Positions 37,601-52,600 of a stretch of 64,000 nucleotides of DNA are shown here, piece by piece. Each line of letters begins with the position of its first letter. Within the stretch, counting starts at the first letter, position 1. This stretch comes from Chiloscyllium plagiosum (Eukaryota): positions 38,005,152 through 38,069,151 of the forward strand of contig NC_057718.1 of the NCBI RefSeq assembly GCF_004010195.1, given 5' to 3'. A program made the position numbers and the translations under genes. The notes under the pieces are model-generated. The model was not told the origin of the DNA and ran no database searches. It worked only from the letters and a program-made list of their open reading frames with translations.

Positions 37601-40600
37601 TAGTCGAGAACAAAGATTATGAAATTAGCATGTTGAGGGATGGGCAACTGAGAGACAGTGGCTCAATGGCAAGCACTGCTACTTCACAGTGCAAGGGACC
37701 CAGGTTCAATTCCAGCTTTGGGTGACTATCTTGTGGAGTTTGCACATTCTACCCGAGTCTGCGAGGGTTTCCTCCCACAGTCCAAAGATGAAGGTGAGTT
37801 GGACTGGCCATGGGAAATTACCCCATAGGATCTAGCCATATAGGTTAACCATTGTACACGCAGGATTGTGGGGATAAGGTGGGAACTGGTCTGTGTGGAA
37901 TGCTCTACAGAGGTAGCTATAGACTTAATGGGTCCAACATATCGGGATTCTACAATTCTGTGGCACATGACAGAAATGGAAGCAATATATGAGCACATTT
38001 CTTGCAAGGATTACTGAAAACCAGAGTGCAGTTGTGAGGTTTTGTAAAGTTGAGAAAAGCAAATAGGAAAGCTTCAGCAGTGGAAATGAGGTAAAAATGT
38101 ATCTGCAGAGATACAATCTGGCAACAGTGACAGCTTTAAAATCGATCAAGGAAACAAGCCTATATTTCATTTTGACATTTAAATATGAAGGTATTTGACA
38201 AATCTTCTTTAGAACAGAATTTGGGCAGGTTATCAGAATATTTTTTCCTTTCTTCTGTGGATACATGAATGTATACTGAAGTACACTAACATCCTTCTAT
38301 GCACCAAAAGCACAATCTTTGTACTTTTTCATTCATTTTTAAAACTTCTCATATAAGTGAGCATTTACCATCCACTCCGTGTAACCTTTCAAAATTTGTG
38401 GGCAAGCTGCCTTCTTAAATCAGTCTGATTCATATGGCTCAGAAGGGAACTTGCAGGTGGGTGGTATTTCTAAGTATCTGCTTCCATTGCCCTACTATGT
38501 GGCTTTAAAAGTGCTGTCAAAGAAGCCTTGGTGAGTTGTTGCAATGCATCTTGTGGACTATACACACTGCTGCCACTGTGTGTCAGTCGTGGAGGGACTG
38601 AAAGTGTTATATGCTTTGTCAATCAAGTGGGATACTTTGTCCTAAGTGGTTCCAAGTTTGTTAGTTCCAAGTTGCTACTGTACTCATCTACAGAAATAGA
38701 AAGAAAACCAAACACACTCCTGACTTGTGCCTTGTAGATAATGGAAAGAATTTCAAGGCCAGTTACTCAAAACAGAATTCCCAGCCTCTTAACTACTCCT
38801 GTCGATAGAATACTTCTGTGGTAAATCGGATTCAGTTTCTTGTCAATGGGGAACCCCAAGAATGTTGATTGTGCAGGATTCTGCAACAATAATGCCAGTG
38901 AATGTGAAGGGGCAGTGGCTAGGTATTCTCCTGTTGGGAATAATCAACAAAGCATGATTCAGTGAGAACAAACTATGTCAGGTGATTTCACAAATCTGTT
39001 GGTTCAAAGATCTGTCCCAATTTTGACACAAGCTTCCAGATGTTATCAAGGAGGACTTAGTGGGGTTGACAGGGCTGTTAGTTTTTGGTGCCTTGGCTCA
39101 TGACAGATGGTCTATCAGGGTTCAGTACATTCATCAGACTTGGTCACTGTTAATTACCATTGAGAGGCTTGCTAGAACGTTTGAAAGGGTATTTAAATGT
39201 GAACCACGTGCTGTGGATCTGCAGTCTACCAAACTATTCAGCTAGTTATGGGCAGCAAAAGAAAAAGAGCAGGAACAGTGGCAACTTTTTCTCTCCTCCA
39301 ACACAGGCTATTTCATCAGATTTGTCATTAGGTACATAAGCACAGTAAGGAATTAAAGGACAGCTTAGAACTCATGCATAAGGTATTCGATATTAACAAG
39401 TACGTAAAGAAAAACAAATTTTCTATTTTAATATAAGCAACTGCTAGATACAGGAGGGCTTATGCTCATTGTCTGTTTGTTGTCTCAATAAAGTGCAAAC
39501 AAAATGGATAGATAGGAAAACACGCCAAAGGAGTGCAAGTACTTAAATAACTTACCCTATATCGATGCGCTCTGTGCACACTTGCCAAGAAGCATTCCAT
39601 ACATAACACACAGGTTGGATCTACTGCGCAATCCCTTGAATAAAGAAACAAAAAAAGTCATGCTATGATTCATGTCATGGGTTTTATGAAAAAAAGCTTC
39701 ATTTTCAGAATGAATTGTACTTCTCTATTGTCGAAGATCTGGTAACTTAGATACTTTTGTATCTAAGTCGGTGCGGTAATTGGCAATGCACAAACTTTTC
39801 ACTATCCTCATTGAGTATGTTTGACAATAAAGGCTATTCTATTCAGCAAAGCTGTTAGAAGGGTGGCAAGGTGGCTCAGTGGTTAGCACTGCTGCCTCAC
39901 AGCACCAGGGTCCCAGGTTCAATTCCAGCCTTGGGTGACTATCTGTGCGGAATTTGGACATTCTCCCCGGGTGCAGGTCAGGTGAATTGGCCATGCTAAA
40001 TTGCCCATAATGCTAGGTGCATGAGCCAGAGGGAAATGGGACTGGGTGGGCTGCTCTCCGGAGGGTCAGTGTGGACTTCTTGGGCCGAAGGGACTGTTTC
40101 CACACTGTGGGGAATCTAAAAAAAAGTATCTTCAGATTGCACTTCCAGAAGGTATGGTTAAACATTCACTGATCACAGACTTATGAATTAGGAGCTAGAG
40201 TAGGCCTTTTGACTCGTTTAGCCCACTCTGCCATTCCAAAAGATAAATGGTGTTTGCTTCAACTTGCACCTCCCCTCCCCCAGCCTTTAATGATTCTACT
40301 TCTCACGAAGTCTGAATCCCATCATCATTAAGGTCTCTGTAAAAATCAACAGGGTCTTCACATCCACCCAATCCAGGTCACTCTCAATTTTGTACGTCAG
40401 TCAAATTTCCCCTTAGCCTTCTCTGTTCCAAATAGAACAATCGTAACTTAACCAAATTTTTTTTTCAATACTGTATTTCTCGAATTCTGCCAAAGAAATG
40501 GTAACGCAATACTAGTGGTATTTTTGCTGGACTATTAATCCAGAGACCATGGCATTTGGTGGAATTTGAATTAAATAAATATCTGGAGTTAAAAGTTTAA

Positions 40601-43600
40601 CGATGACCATGAAACCACTGTCAATTGTTGGAATAACCCGAATGTCCTCAAGGAAACGAAACTTGCAATCCTTATCTGGTCTGGCCTACATGTGACTCCA
40701 GAACCATAGCAATGTGGTTGACTCTTAACTGCGCTCTGGACAACTCGGCCTCGCCATCAACGTCTTCATCCCATGAATGAATAATTTAAAAACATTTTCA
40801 TCTCCTCCCTATCCTCACAAATGCATTTGCATCATTTACTGTAATGAGATGATCAGAACTGTGACTTAACTGAGCCCTTACACAGTTTAAGCATTACATC
40901 CTTCTTCTTATGTTCTGGACCCCAGCCATAAAAGCAAAGAATTCCAAATGCCTTCTTAATTGTTTCATCAACCTGTCCTGGTATGTTCAGGGATTTGTAG
41001 ACAGGTACTCCAAGGCTCCTCACTTCATTGACACCTCTCCATGTATATTATCAATGATGTCTTCCTTTGTCTTGTTTCACGTCCCAAAACACATCACCTC
41101 ACCCTTCTTTGAATTGTAGCCCATTTGCCAGCTCTTTGCCCACCTGACGACTCCATCGATAGCTTTCTGAGTCTACAGATGTGCTCCACACTATCGACCA
41201 CTTAGCGTATTGTTGTGTTCTCCACAAACTTCTTGATCATGCCCCCCTGCCCCCACCACACACACACACACACACACCTATGTCAGAACTATGAATCCAT
41301 AACACAAAAAGTAGAGCACCCAATACTGAGCCCTGTGGAACCACAGTGCAAATAATATTCCAGTTGCTGAAAAACCTGCCAACAATTATGCTTTATCTCA
41401 TACCACTTACAGTTAATAGTGCTTGTTTTGCTTTACTCTTCTTTAATACTAAAAATATGTTTTGTTTAAAACGTAAAACCCGAGTGATGTTAATTAAAGA
41501 ATGTTCAGATTTCTCTTTAAATTTTCAGTCTTTCACAGATGACAACAATTGACAAACTTCAAAGCCCAAGTTAGAATTCAGTAAGTTGGTGAGTCAAAGG
41601 TCCCACATTCACTTTTAAATCATTCCTCCACATTATAGAATTTACTTTCCTGGAATAATTTGATCTTTTTTTTGTATAGGTCTTAGAGAGTCATAGAGAT
41701 GGACAGCACGGAAACAGACCCTTCGGTCCAACTTGTCCATGCCGACCAGATATCCCAACCCAATCTGGTCTCATCTGCCAACACCCGGCCCATATCCCTC
41801 CAAACTCGTACTATTCATATATACATACCAGATGCATTTTAAATGTTGCAATTGTACCAGCTTCCATCACTTCCTCTGGCAGCTCATTCCATACACATAC
41901 CACCCTGTGTGTGAAAAAGTTGCCCCTTCGGTCTCTTTTATATCTTTCCCCTCTCGCCCTAAACCTATGCCGCCTAATTCTGGACTCCCCCACCCAGGGA
42001 AAAGACTTTGTTTGTTTAGTTTGCTATCCAAGCCCCTCAGCTTCCGATGGTCCAGGGAAAACAGCCCTACACTGTTCACTAGCTCCCGATAGCTCAAATC
42101 CTCCAACCGTGGCAATATCCTTCCAAATCTTTTCTGAACCTTTTCAAGTTTCACAACATCTTTCCAACAAAAAGGAGACCAGAATTGCACGCAATATTCC
42201 AACAGTGGCTTAACCAATGTTCTGTACAGCCGCAATATGACCTCCCAACTCCTGTACTCAATACTCTGACCAATAAAGGAAAGCACACCAAACACTGTCC
42301 TATCTACCTGCGACTCCACTTTCAAGGAGCTATGAACCTGCACTCCAAGGTCTATCTGTTCAGCAACACTCCCTCGGACCTTACCATTAAGGGTACAAGT
42401 CCTGCTAAGATTTGTTTCCCAAAAATGCAGCACCTCACATTTATCTAAATTAAACTCTGTCTGCCACTTCTCAGCCCATTGGCCCATCTGATCAAGATGC
42501 CTTTGTAATATGAGGTAATCTCCTTTGCTGTCCACTACACCTCCAATTTTGGTATCATCTGCAAACTTACTAACTATACCTCTTATGCTCACATCCAAAT
42601 CATTTATATAAATGATGAAAAGTAGTGGACCCAGCACTGATCCTTGTGGCACTGCACTGGTCTGAAAAACCAGTCTGAAAAACAACCCTCCACCATCACC
42701 CTCTGTCTTCTAACTTTGATCCAGTTCTGTATCCAAATGGCTAGTTCTCCCTTTATTCCATGAGATCTAACTTTGCTAACCAGTCTCCCATGGGGAACCT
42801 TGTTGAACGCCTTAGTGAAGCCCATATTGAGTATGTCTACTGCTCTGCCCTCATCAATCCTCTGTTACTTCTTTAAAAAACTCAGTCAAGTTTGTGAGAC
42901 ATGATTTACATGCAAATTCCTTTCTTCATTGCGTGCTGCACCTACATGTTTATTTTCAGTAACTGGTGTACAAGGACACTTGGGTCTCAATGCAGACCTC
43001 TTACGCAATTTATCACCCGAGAACAGCTACCTCCTCTGGTTTCCATGTTAAGTTTACTTGATGTTTGTTTGGTGAGTTGGTAACTCACCATTGCCTGGCA
43101 AGAAACTCACCAAGGCTGCTTGTGAAATGCATAAAAGATTAACTAAGATGTTCCTAAAATAGAGATCAGCCCCACCCATACTTCTCATCCATTAGTCCAC
43201 ATCATTCAGATTCCTCTCAGATTCCCCCCCATGCGTACCTATTTTTCAAATATGTCTTTTGTGAAACAGTTTATCAGATGTTTTTTAACAGTCAATGTAC
43301 ACACTAAAAAAATTACCTTCATTAACCCAATTAGCTAACTCAAATCAACTCAGACATGCTTTGCGTTTGACAAAAACATGCTGGCTAAGCCATGGTTTTC
43401 CAAACAAGAATTAATTTGCCCATATTTAGTTGCTACAGCTAACTTCCAGAACAGAGCTAATATCACATCCATTGTTGATGCTAAGCCCACTATCCTTGAG
43501 CTCAGCATTTAGGTTTTAAATCAAGATGAGATGATTATCTATGTTTGAGGAAGCGGAATTGGAGACTGATGAAAGAAGACTGAAGACCAAATGTACACCG

Positions 43601-46600
43601 TGGTCATGGAGGATTGGACCCAACTTCGAGCACTCATACACAAATTCAAAACTGACCAATACAGGAATGGAGGAATGGAGAAAGTGAGGACTGTAGATGC
43701 TCAAAATCAGAATCAAGAGTATGATGCTGGAAAAGCGTAGCCAATCAGGCAGCATCTGAGGAGCAGGAGAATCAACGTTTCAGGCATAAGCCCTCCATCA
43801 GGAATGAGGCATGTGGGCTGGGGACCTGAGAGATAAATGGGGTCGCGGCGGGGTGCTGGGAAGGAAGGTAGCTGGGAATGTGATAGGTAGATGAAGGTGC
43901 AGGTGGAAGTGATACGTCGGGGTCAGGGGGAGGTGAAGTGAATGGGTGGAAAGAAAGGAAGATGGACAGGTCGGACCGGTCAAGGGAGCCATGCAGAGTT
44001 GCAGGCTTCTGACTGGGTAAGGTGGGGGGAGGGGAAATGAGGAAAATGGTGAAATCCACATTGATCCAGTGTGGTTGCAGAATCCTAAGGTGGAACATGA
44101 GGTGTTCTTCCTCCAGGGGTCGAGCGTTCATGGTTTGGCAATGGAGGAGACCCTTGACCTGCATGTTCTCGGTGGAACAGGAGTGGGAGTTAAAATGTTC
44201 AGTCACGGGATGGTGGAACTGGTTGGTTGCGGGTGCCTCAGAGATGTTCTCAAACAATCCACAAGTTGGTGTCCTGTCTTCCTAATGTTGAGGAGACTAT
44301 ATCAGGTGCAACAGATACAGTACATGACAGTTGTGGAAGTGCAGGTAAATTTCTGTCAGATGAGGAAGGATCCTTTGGGGCCTTGGACAGAGGTGAGGGT
44401 GGAGGTCTGGGCACAGGTTTTGCACTTCCTGCAATGGCAGAAGGTGCCAGGGGTGGGTGAGAGGTGGATCTGATGAGGGAGTCACGGAGGGAATGATCTT
44501 TCCCGAATGCAGATAGGGGTGGGGAGCGAAATATATCCCTCGTGGTGGGGTCTGTTTGCAGGTGGTGGAGGTGGCGGAGGATGATGTGATGCATGTGGAG
44601 GTTGGTGGGGTGTAACCAACCAGGAACTAGAACTTACTTCAGGAACTCCCCACCTATGTTTGGCACACCACTCACACCCTTCACCTCCTCAAAGACTTCC
44701 GTTTCCCCACCCCCAACACCTTATCTTCACCATGCACATCCAGTACCTCTACACATCTAACCACCACGACAAAGTCCTCCAAACCCTCCGTTTCTGCCTC
44801 TCACGCCAACCCAACCAGTACCCTTCCACGGACACACTCATTCACCTGGCTGAACTGGTCCTCACCCTCAACAACTTCTCCTTCCAATCCTCCCACTTCT
44901 TCCAAACCAAAGGGTAGCCATGGGCACCTTTGTGGGCCCAGTTATGCCTGCCTCTTAGTCTGGTACTTGAACAGTCCAGCTTCCGCAGCTACACAGGTAC
45001 CATTCCCCACTTTTTCCTCCGCAACATCAATGACTTTATCGACACTACCTCGTGCCCCCACGAGGATGTTGAACTGTTCATTAACTTCAAAAAAACCTTC
45101 CACCCGGACCTCAAATTCACCTGGACCATCTTGAACACCACCCTCCCCTTCCTGGACTTCTCCATCTCCGGCGACCGACTAAACATGGACATTTACTACA
45201 AACTTGACTTCCACAGCTACCTGGATTACACCTCCCCTCACCCCACCTCCTGTAAAAACACCATCCCTTTTCCCAATTCCTCCACCTCTCCCTCATCTGC
45301 TCCCAGGAGGACCAATTCCACCACAGAACATCGCAGACGGCCTTCTTCAAAGACCGCAATTTCTCCTCCCACGCAGTCGACAATGCCCTCCAGTACATTT
45401 CCTCCACCCTTGAAACCCACCCCTCAAATCGCAACAGGGACAGAACCCATCCGCCCCCTTGTTCTCACCTTGAAATTTAGAGGGTAGGTTTTTAAATGTG
45501 AGAGGACAAAGATTCAAAAGAGACCGGAGGGACAACTTTTTCACACAGATGGTGGTTCGATTTGGAATAAATTACCAAAGGAAGTGGAAGATGCAGGTAC
45601 AGTTACTACAATAATACAGATACATGAATAGGAAAGGTTTCCAGGGCTATGGGCCAAACACAGACAAGTTTAGTTTTTGAAATCCAGTTGGCATGGATGA
45701 GTTGAACAAGGGTCTGTTTCTATGCTGTATGACTCTAACAACTAGGCAATTAAAAAAAAATCTTTCAACTAAAACTTTAGTTGGTGCCAGCACCCAATTA
45801 AGGCTTCATTAAATAATGACATTCATCTCTTCTCTTGCCAAACAAAACCAAGCTAATACAGTGTGAAAGAGGCTGATATTTAATAGAATTGTAACATGCA
45901 CTTTGTCACACTTAGAAAATAAGGACTTGGTGTGCTCTCATCTGACAGCTTAAACTATAGATGGGCCAACATTCACAACTTGTTTACTTGACATGGTAGG
46001 TACACAAAAAGGTTATTTTTCCTGTGGAAGAGTCGAGGGCCAGAGGGAATAATCTCAGAATAAGGGGTCACACACTTAAAACATGGATAAGGAGGAATTC
46101 CTTCTGTCAGAGGGTTGTGAATCTGTGGAATTTGGTTTTACCACAGAAGGCTATTGAGGCTGAATCGCTGAATATATTTGAGACTGGAAGAGACTGATTT
46201 TTATAATTAGTAAAGGAACCAATGGTGATGAAGCAAAGACAGGAAAATGGAGTTGAGGGAGATCAGATCAATCTTGATTTCACTAATGGCAGAGCAGACA
46301 CTGAATAGCCTACTTCTGCTCCTCAGTCTTATGGCCTTAAGAGATTGAGCACTCCATAAATTCAATAACAATTGTCAAGGAGAGCTAGCTTCCTACAAAC
46401 ACTCGGGGACTTACTTCTTCCCCCCGCCTCCTCAAGCTATGAGCAAAACGGGCAAGGCCTTATTTCTTTGTGACAAGAAACTGTCGAAAGATAATCCAGA
46501 CAGTCCTGAAGGCAAGACTAATGATCCAGAAATAACAGTTCCAATCAGTTAATTAAGTAAATTGTGAATTAAAAAACTATTTATCAGCAATGGTGGCCAC

Positions 46601-49600
46601 ATACCTACTGATTGTTGTAAAAACCCATCTGACTCTCCAACCTGGAAAGGAAATTTTCCATCCTTACCTGATCCTATCTCCCAGTGACTGAAGGTCACTT
46701 CAACAAGTTACCTGCCAACAAGTGACAAGAATCATGGGACCTTCTAATACACGTAATGGGGAACCATTGCAGCGTAACAGGAGACCAACCAGCCCAATAT
46801 GTCATTTGTGTTTCTCTGACTCAGCAATTCAACAAACACCATGCAGCCAACTTCTCATTCTAATGCTTTATATTATTCCTTTTCAACTAACAACCAAATT
46901 CCCTGTTAAATACTTGACTAAATCTCATGAAACACAGTACATATCTTAACCATTTTCAGCATGAAAAAAATGGTTTTCTTTTGTCATCATAGATTCAAGG
47001 AAATTAACAGAAGCAATGTCCTCTAATTCTCAATTCTTCCACCACTGTCAAGAATTTTTCCCCATCTACATGTCCAAGGTCCTTCACGATTTTGAATATC
47101 TCTGTATCAAATATCTTCTCAGATTTCTCTTCTTCAAAGAAGACAAATTGAAAATCTCCAAGCTATTCATCTAGTTGAAATTCTTCATGGAATAATTCGC
47201 ATTAACTTTTTCTGCATACTCCTCATGCCTTCACAAGTTTTTAAAAAGTGTAGCACCCAGCACTGGAAGCAATACTACAGATGAGACCAAACTAGTGCCC
47301 TTATACCAATTAAGCATGGTATTTATGTATTCTATGTCCCTATTAATAAAGCCAAGGTTATTCCAAAATTGATTTATCACTTTCTAAACTAACCCTGCCA
47401 CATTCACTAACTTATTCAGATACATGTTCAAGAACCTTTGCTTCAGCACTCTGCAGAATTGCAGAGATTGTTAATCAGTTTATTGAGATCTATTATGACA
47501 TACCTCTGAAGCAGTTGGGGACTTGAATATGTTCTAGCCCAAAGGTAGGGACAAACAACCATGCCTTTATAGCCCTCCCCAAAAATTTTGTCCTTAACTA
47601 TGCGATTCATGTGTCTTAGCTTTCCACTAATTAATGTCATTGTGCCAGTGAAGGTACCCTGTATACTAAAAGCTGGAGCTGACTGGCCAAAAACCAAATG
47701 ACAGAACTTTATTGCTTACCTTATCATTTTTAGCACAAATTAAAGACTATTCAGAAGGTATCAAGAATGCATTTCAGTTATTTCTCTCAATAGGTTGGGT
47801 TTTGAACAGATTCACAAACACAATCCACTTTGGGATTTGGTAAGTGATAATTAACTGCAGTTCACACCATTGATCAGCAAAGCCTTAATTGTCATACAGA
47901 CTACAATATAATTTCATGGCTAGTTTCACATACAAACATTGCATTATAACAATTTAGTAGTGAAACAATATCTTATCCATAAGTTCTGAAGCAACAATTA
48001 ATTTTAAAATTTTGATTTCCTGCTAATTAGAGTTCAACAACCAACACGAGTAGCAAGCTCTTCAGAGACCATGAAAAAGGGCGTAAATTAGCCTTCCTGC
48101 CAAATTTCCTCTTACTCCACCTAAACAAAAAGACAAGACTTGGAATTATGCAGGTATTTTTCAAAACACCTCATGTTTAGGAAATTAATTAAGTATGCAA
48201 AATTAAGATTCTGATGAACAGAATGAGTCAAATGGCATTTCCTAAAGGAGGAGTGTTGCCGAGGATACCAGGAGAATTTGTTGTTTTCTGTATACCATAG
48301 ATCTTATTGTTTAACTACTTAGTCGAGTGGAACAAGCTTGCATAAAAAAAAAAACGTTGATCAAGCAGACACCTCCTGCAGAACTATATAAGTTTGACTT
48401 ACTATCTGCAATTCCAATGTGGAACTCAAACCTAAAAGCATCTAACTCAAAGATAAAGGTGCTGCCAAAGATAGCAAGTTGACAATGGGTCAGTATTCAA
48501 TGTTACTGAAAGTCTGTATGAAATGATGAGACCCTCTTCAGAAAACAAACAGATTGCTGGGTTTTCAATCCAATGTATGAAGCTTTTATTTAAACCCTGA
48601 TCAGTTACAAGACGGGAAAGAACTTGCATTGCACAAAGTACTACAAACATCATGTTACACAACCAAATGCACTGGCATCAAATTTAATGCCACAGGAAAA
48701 CAAAACCCAGGATTCACAACCTGCACTGTTTGCAATGAAAGCAAGATCCCTTCTAACATGTATCCCATAAAATGTAATTGTGCAAGCACTACTGTTCAGA
48801 AAACAGTATTTATTATTTGAGCTTTGCGTGAGTTCTCTATTTATTAATATTTAACAACAGAAACTGAAGATGTAGATTCCTAACACAGTAGAAAATTAAG
48901 GCAATTTAAAGAGCGAGGGCAAAGAAAACAAAAGAGTATGCTTCTTGCTTGTTCCTCTCTGTCACATGTTTCATCAGGCTGCCTGCAATGTACATTTGTT
49001 GTTCAATTTCTGCAGATTATTAAATTCAAAAAGGTTTTAAGTTGTGCAACTTTTTAAAATAAATGATAGAATGAATTTCTGTAATTTAACTTTCTAACAT
49101 TCATCCACTTGGATGATTAGATTCCCTACAGCATGGAAACAGGCCTTCAGCCCAAAAAGTCCACACCGACCCTCCGAAGAGTAACCCACCCAGGCCCATT
49201 CCCCAACCCCGTATTTACCCCTGACTGCTGCACCTAACACTATGGGCAATTTAGCATGGCCAATTCACCAAACCTGTTTTTTTTTCCTTCAATTAGAATA
49301 AGTTAGCAAGTGAAAAAAATCCCAGTACAGCTTACTGATGCTCAGATATTTTAGAAATAATGTATGCCATACTTATACTCCATATTCTTAATTCAGCTTG
49401 GAGCAACACACCTCCAACTAAAAATGTCAAGTTCAGCTTAGAATTAAAAACTAAAGAGTGAAACGTTGCCAAAGGGATCAGTTCATTTAAATAAGTGAAA
49501 ATTATATCACATCAGTAGCAATAAATTTGGAGAAAGACTTGCAACGTTGCAATCAGCCAAGTCTTCACTCTGATGGAGGAAGAGGATGATCAGGTTTGAC

Positions 49601-52600
49601 TGTCAAAGTGTTATGTCAACATTGGAATATCTGCCCAGCAAATAAACTCCAATGGGACATTTCTCTTTCTTTGGAGACTAACAAGGAGCAACTTTAGCAG
49701 AAAGATGCTCATTTCTACAATTGATGCACTGAGGAAACACCAACATAAATTGGGCAAGCAATGCAATTTGAGAATGGCTCCATCAGTGCTACCACTTTTG
49801 TCCTAGACGTGCTATAGTGTTCCAGCAAGACTCGATTTAAGCTGGAGAAACAATACCTCATTTTCTGCTGAGGCACTAAACGGACTCCAGAACTTAACAT
49901 TCAGTTCAACAATTTCAAGCCATGAACTGTCCTTCATTTTGATTACCTCCACTTTCCTTGGTCTCATTTCTTGTTTGCAAGAGTTTCTCTCAGCTGAATT
50001 GACATATTTTCTGCCATGATTAGAGTGGTGCTGGAAAAGCACAGCAGATCAGACAGCATCCGAGGAGCAGGAAAATCGTCGCTTTGGGCAAAAGCACCTG
50101 CTGTGCTTTTCCACCACCACTCTAATTTTGATTCTAATCTCCAGCATCTGCAGTACCCACTTTCGCCTATATTTGCTGCCATAAATACCTTCTTTAATGC
50201 CGTTCACACTTCTTTTGCCTTTTGCTCTGAGCACCTTCACAATTTGTTTCACTTCTACCCCAATCTCTTTTTCACAGCATAAAAGCAGTTTTCCAGCTCC
50301 CTTCAATTCAAAAGAACTTGATATACTCGAAATATTAATTCAGTTTCTTTCTCCATACATGCTGCCAGAGTACAGTTTCTTGAGCACTTTCTCCTTAAAA
50401 TATACCTTCTCCATTTAGCTTATGACTGCCTTTCCTGAAATTTAATTATGTAGCTCAGTAATTATTTTGCAAGCTATTACCCCTGTAAGCATCTTGGAAT
50501 TTTTGAATTATAAACACCAATATAAACCATATAACACCAATTGTGCTGCTCTTCTGCCGAGTTAAAATGAACAATGGAAATTTCAGATACATACAACTCA
50601 CCTGAACATCAGACCAAAACACTCACCAGCATTACTCTTGATTTATAAATTCTCTACTTTGTCTTCAAATATCTCAGTAGCTTTAGCATGCCAACAACAT
50701 GTCATACTTTCATAAAATTTTAAACATAGCACAACATCCCATGGCATTTCACAGCAGCAAATTCAAAGAAAATTTAATATTAAGTCACCTGAAGGGATAC
50801 AGGAACGGGTAACTAGAAGTTTGACCAAAAAAATGTAAAACTTCTGAGAAGTATTTCAAACTAACTTAAGAGAAACAGTGACATAAAGAACTTTTGAGAA
50901 GGAATTCCAAAGCTTTGAGCATTTGGAACTGAAGGCAAGCCACAAATGTTGTAGTGATTAAAAATCAATCACGGTCAAAAGGCCAGAATAAGAAGAATTA
51001 AAAAGTCTTTCAGAGGGTATAGAGATGGAGGAGTCAGACTGCCAAATATCTCTGTGGCTCTGAAAATGTAGCTTTACATGTGTACAGTCCTGCTCCTTCA
51101 TAATAAATTTGTATTGGAGAGTTTTGAAGAATAATTTAAACAATCTGACTCGAGTTTTATGGACTGTCTTTTTTTACATTCTCTCACTCATCTGCCCATC
51201 CTTCTTTCCTAATTTTCATTTTGTTTTCTGCATATTATTTAAATCTTATTAAATTAAAATCTATATCCTGGTTCACACTTTCTTACTGAGAATTGTTTCA
51301 GCAGGAATTCTTCAATCATACTTGGTGAAGAGAGATTTGTTTCACAGGTTAGGGGATGGCATGGTGACTCAATGGTCAGCACTATTGCCTCACAGCGCCA
51401 GGGACCGGGTTCGATTCCACCCTTGGTGACTGACTGCTTAGAGTTTGCACATTTTCCCCGTGACTGTGTGGGTTAGCTCTGGGTGCTCTGGTTTCCTTCC
51501 ACAGTCCAAAGGTTAAGTGGACTGGCTGCGCTAAATTGCCCCACATTGTCTAGGGATATGCAGGCTAGATAGGTTAGCCATGGTAAAAGTGGGATTAGAG
51601 GGATAGAGTCGGGCTCTAGGCCTAGCTAGAATGTTCTTTGGAGGGTCAGTATAGGTTTGATGGGCTGAATGGTCTCTTTCTGTCCTGTAGAGATGCTATG
51701 ATTCTGCCTGCTCTCAAACATACCGCAGTTTCCTTGTGGAGGATGCTGCATTTGGTCTGACAACTAGTGTCACAATTCACCATTGAAAAGCCTACAAAAA
51801 AATCTGAGCAGCTGTGAGCATAGTGAACAGCAGGCACCTTTCCTTAACTGATCATTGCCAATCTTCTGACCAAGCCAAAATATAAAACAATAATACTATG
51901 GTGTGATTCAATAATTTCTTTTATTATCAAACATTTGCCAACACAATAAACGTAACTAAGTCAGTTTCAACAGCTCATAATGTGCTTGGATTTTTGTACC
52001 TGCATGAATAGGTAGGCTCTCCAATTTTGAAAACACGCCCACACAGCTGAGATGACTTATTTGCCTTTTCAAGTTTTGTTATTCCCACAGCAGGATCCTC
52101 TCCACACAGGTACCATTCCATTGGCCCCAATAGAATATGCTGCGCCAACATTTCTTCATTAAGTGGATTAGGGTTAGAGCCTCTACAGTAAATCTTTGGT
52201 ACGTAATCGGCAAGATGCTGGTACACATCTCTGGTCAAATCTGTTGCTTGAAGCCAGTTCTAAGAAAGATGACAATGGCACACATTAATATCTATAGCAA
52301 GACGCTAATATTTAACACATATATACATACACTAAATTGTAATGTGTGAAATTGGCTCTTAGCAATTTCATTAGTTGTGCAGCAAGCGAGGTATATCAGG
52401 CATAAAAGGTCAAATATTCATTGCAAACTTCACATTAGTTACATTTTTCTGAGGCAATCAACCAAATTTTGTCAAGCATGATAGATAGTGCAAGGAAGCC
52501 AACAAAGTTCATGGCTGTAATCAGAATAGCAAACTAGATCATGGATTGTATTTGCCTCATTTGTGGTCTGTTAAGTCCTTGAAGCATCCTTCCAAGTTGA

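Noticed and set aside
14736..51705. Inverted HE1 SINE pairs driving circular RNA formation
   Set aside because: Opposite-orientation copies exist but are diverged and mostly far from splice sites; expected by chance at this repeat density.
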